From NCBI RefSeq assembly GCF_006345805.1, contig NC_042998.1, forward strand, positions 3,596,001-3,660,000: a stretch of 64,000 nt of DNA, given 5' to 3'. Below the pieces are notes generated by a model. The model searched no databases. It worked only from the letters and a program-made list of their open reading frames with translations, and had not been told where the DNA came from. This DNA comes from Octopus sinensis. Its lineage: Eukaryota. The position numbers and the translations under genes were made by a program. Positions 63,187-64,000 of this stretch are shown here, piece by piece (the first letter of the stretch is position 1; every line of letters starts with the position of its first letter).

Positions 63187-64000
<814 letters not shown>

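Overview
AT-rich, microsatellite-dense animal genomic DNA. The tRNA-derived SINE families, Penelope-like relics and (TA)n-embedded elements suggest a cephalopod, probably Octopus (inferred from recalled repeat families, not a database hit). The only host gene I can support is a + strand ADAMTS metalloprotease (ADAMTS7/12-like, possibly 6/10-like). It is represented by two phase-compatible exons: 35345-35534 (end of prodomain plus cysteine-switch-like motif) and 52649-52884 (acidic linker, furin site RRRMKR, start of the reprolysin domain), separated by a ~17.1 kb intron. No other exon was recognised, so the rest of the window is probably giant intron or intergenic. It is filled with three tRNA-SINE groups (about 30 copies or fragments), CR1-type, CRE-type and older LINE relics, Penelope-like (RT and GIY-YIG) relics, Tc1/mariner transposase relics and a MITE, non-autonomous Helitrons, and a ~2.8 kb tandem triplication. 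The most unusual structure is a recurring association of (TA)n tracts with fold-back DNA: near-perfect palindromic elements, snap-back inverted duplications at the 5' junctions of Penelope-like tails, and degenerate or variant minimal hammerhead-like motifs in those tails. Most ORFs in the supplied track are artefacts of microsatellites and SINEs. No CRISPR array, rRNA or intact tRNA was found. Repeat boundaries and identities are by-eye estimates.
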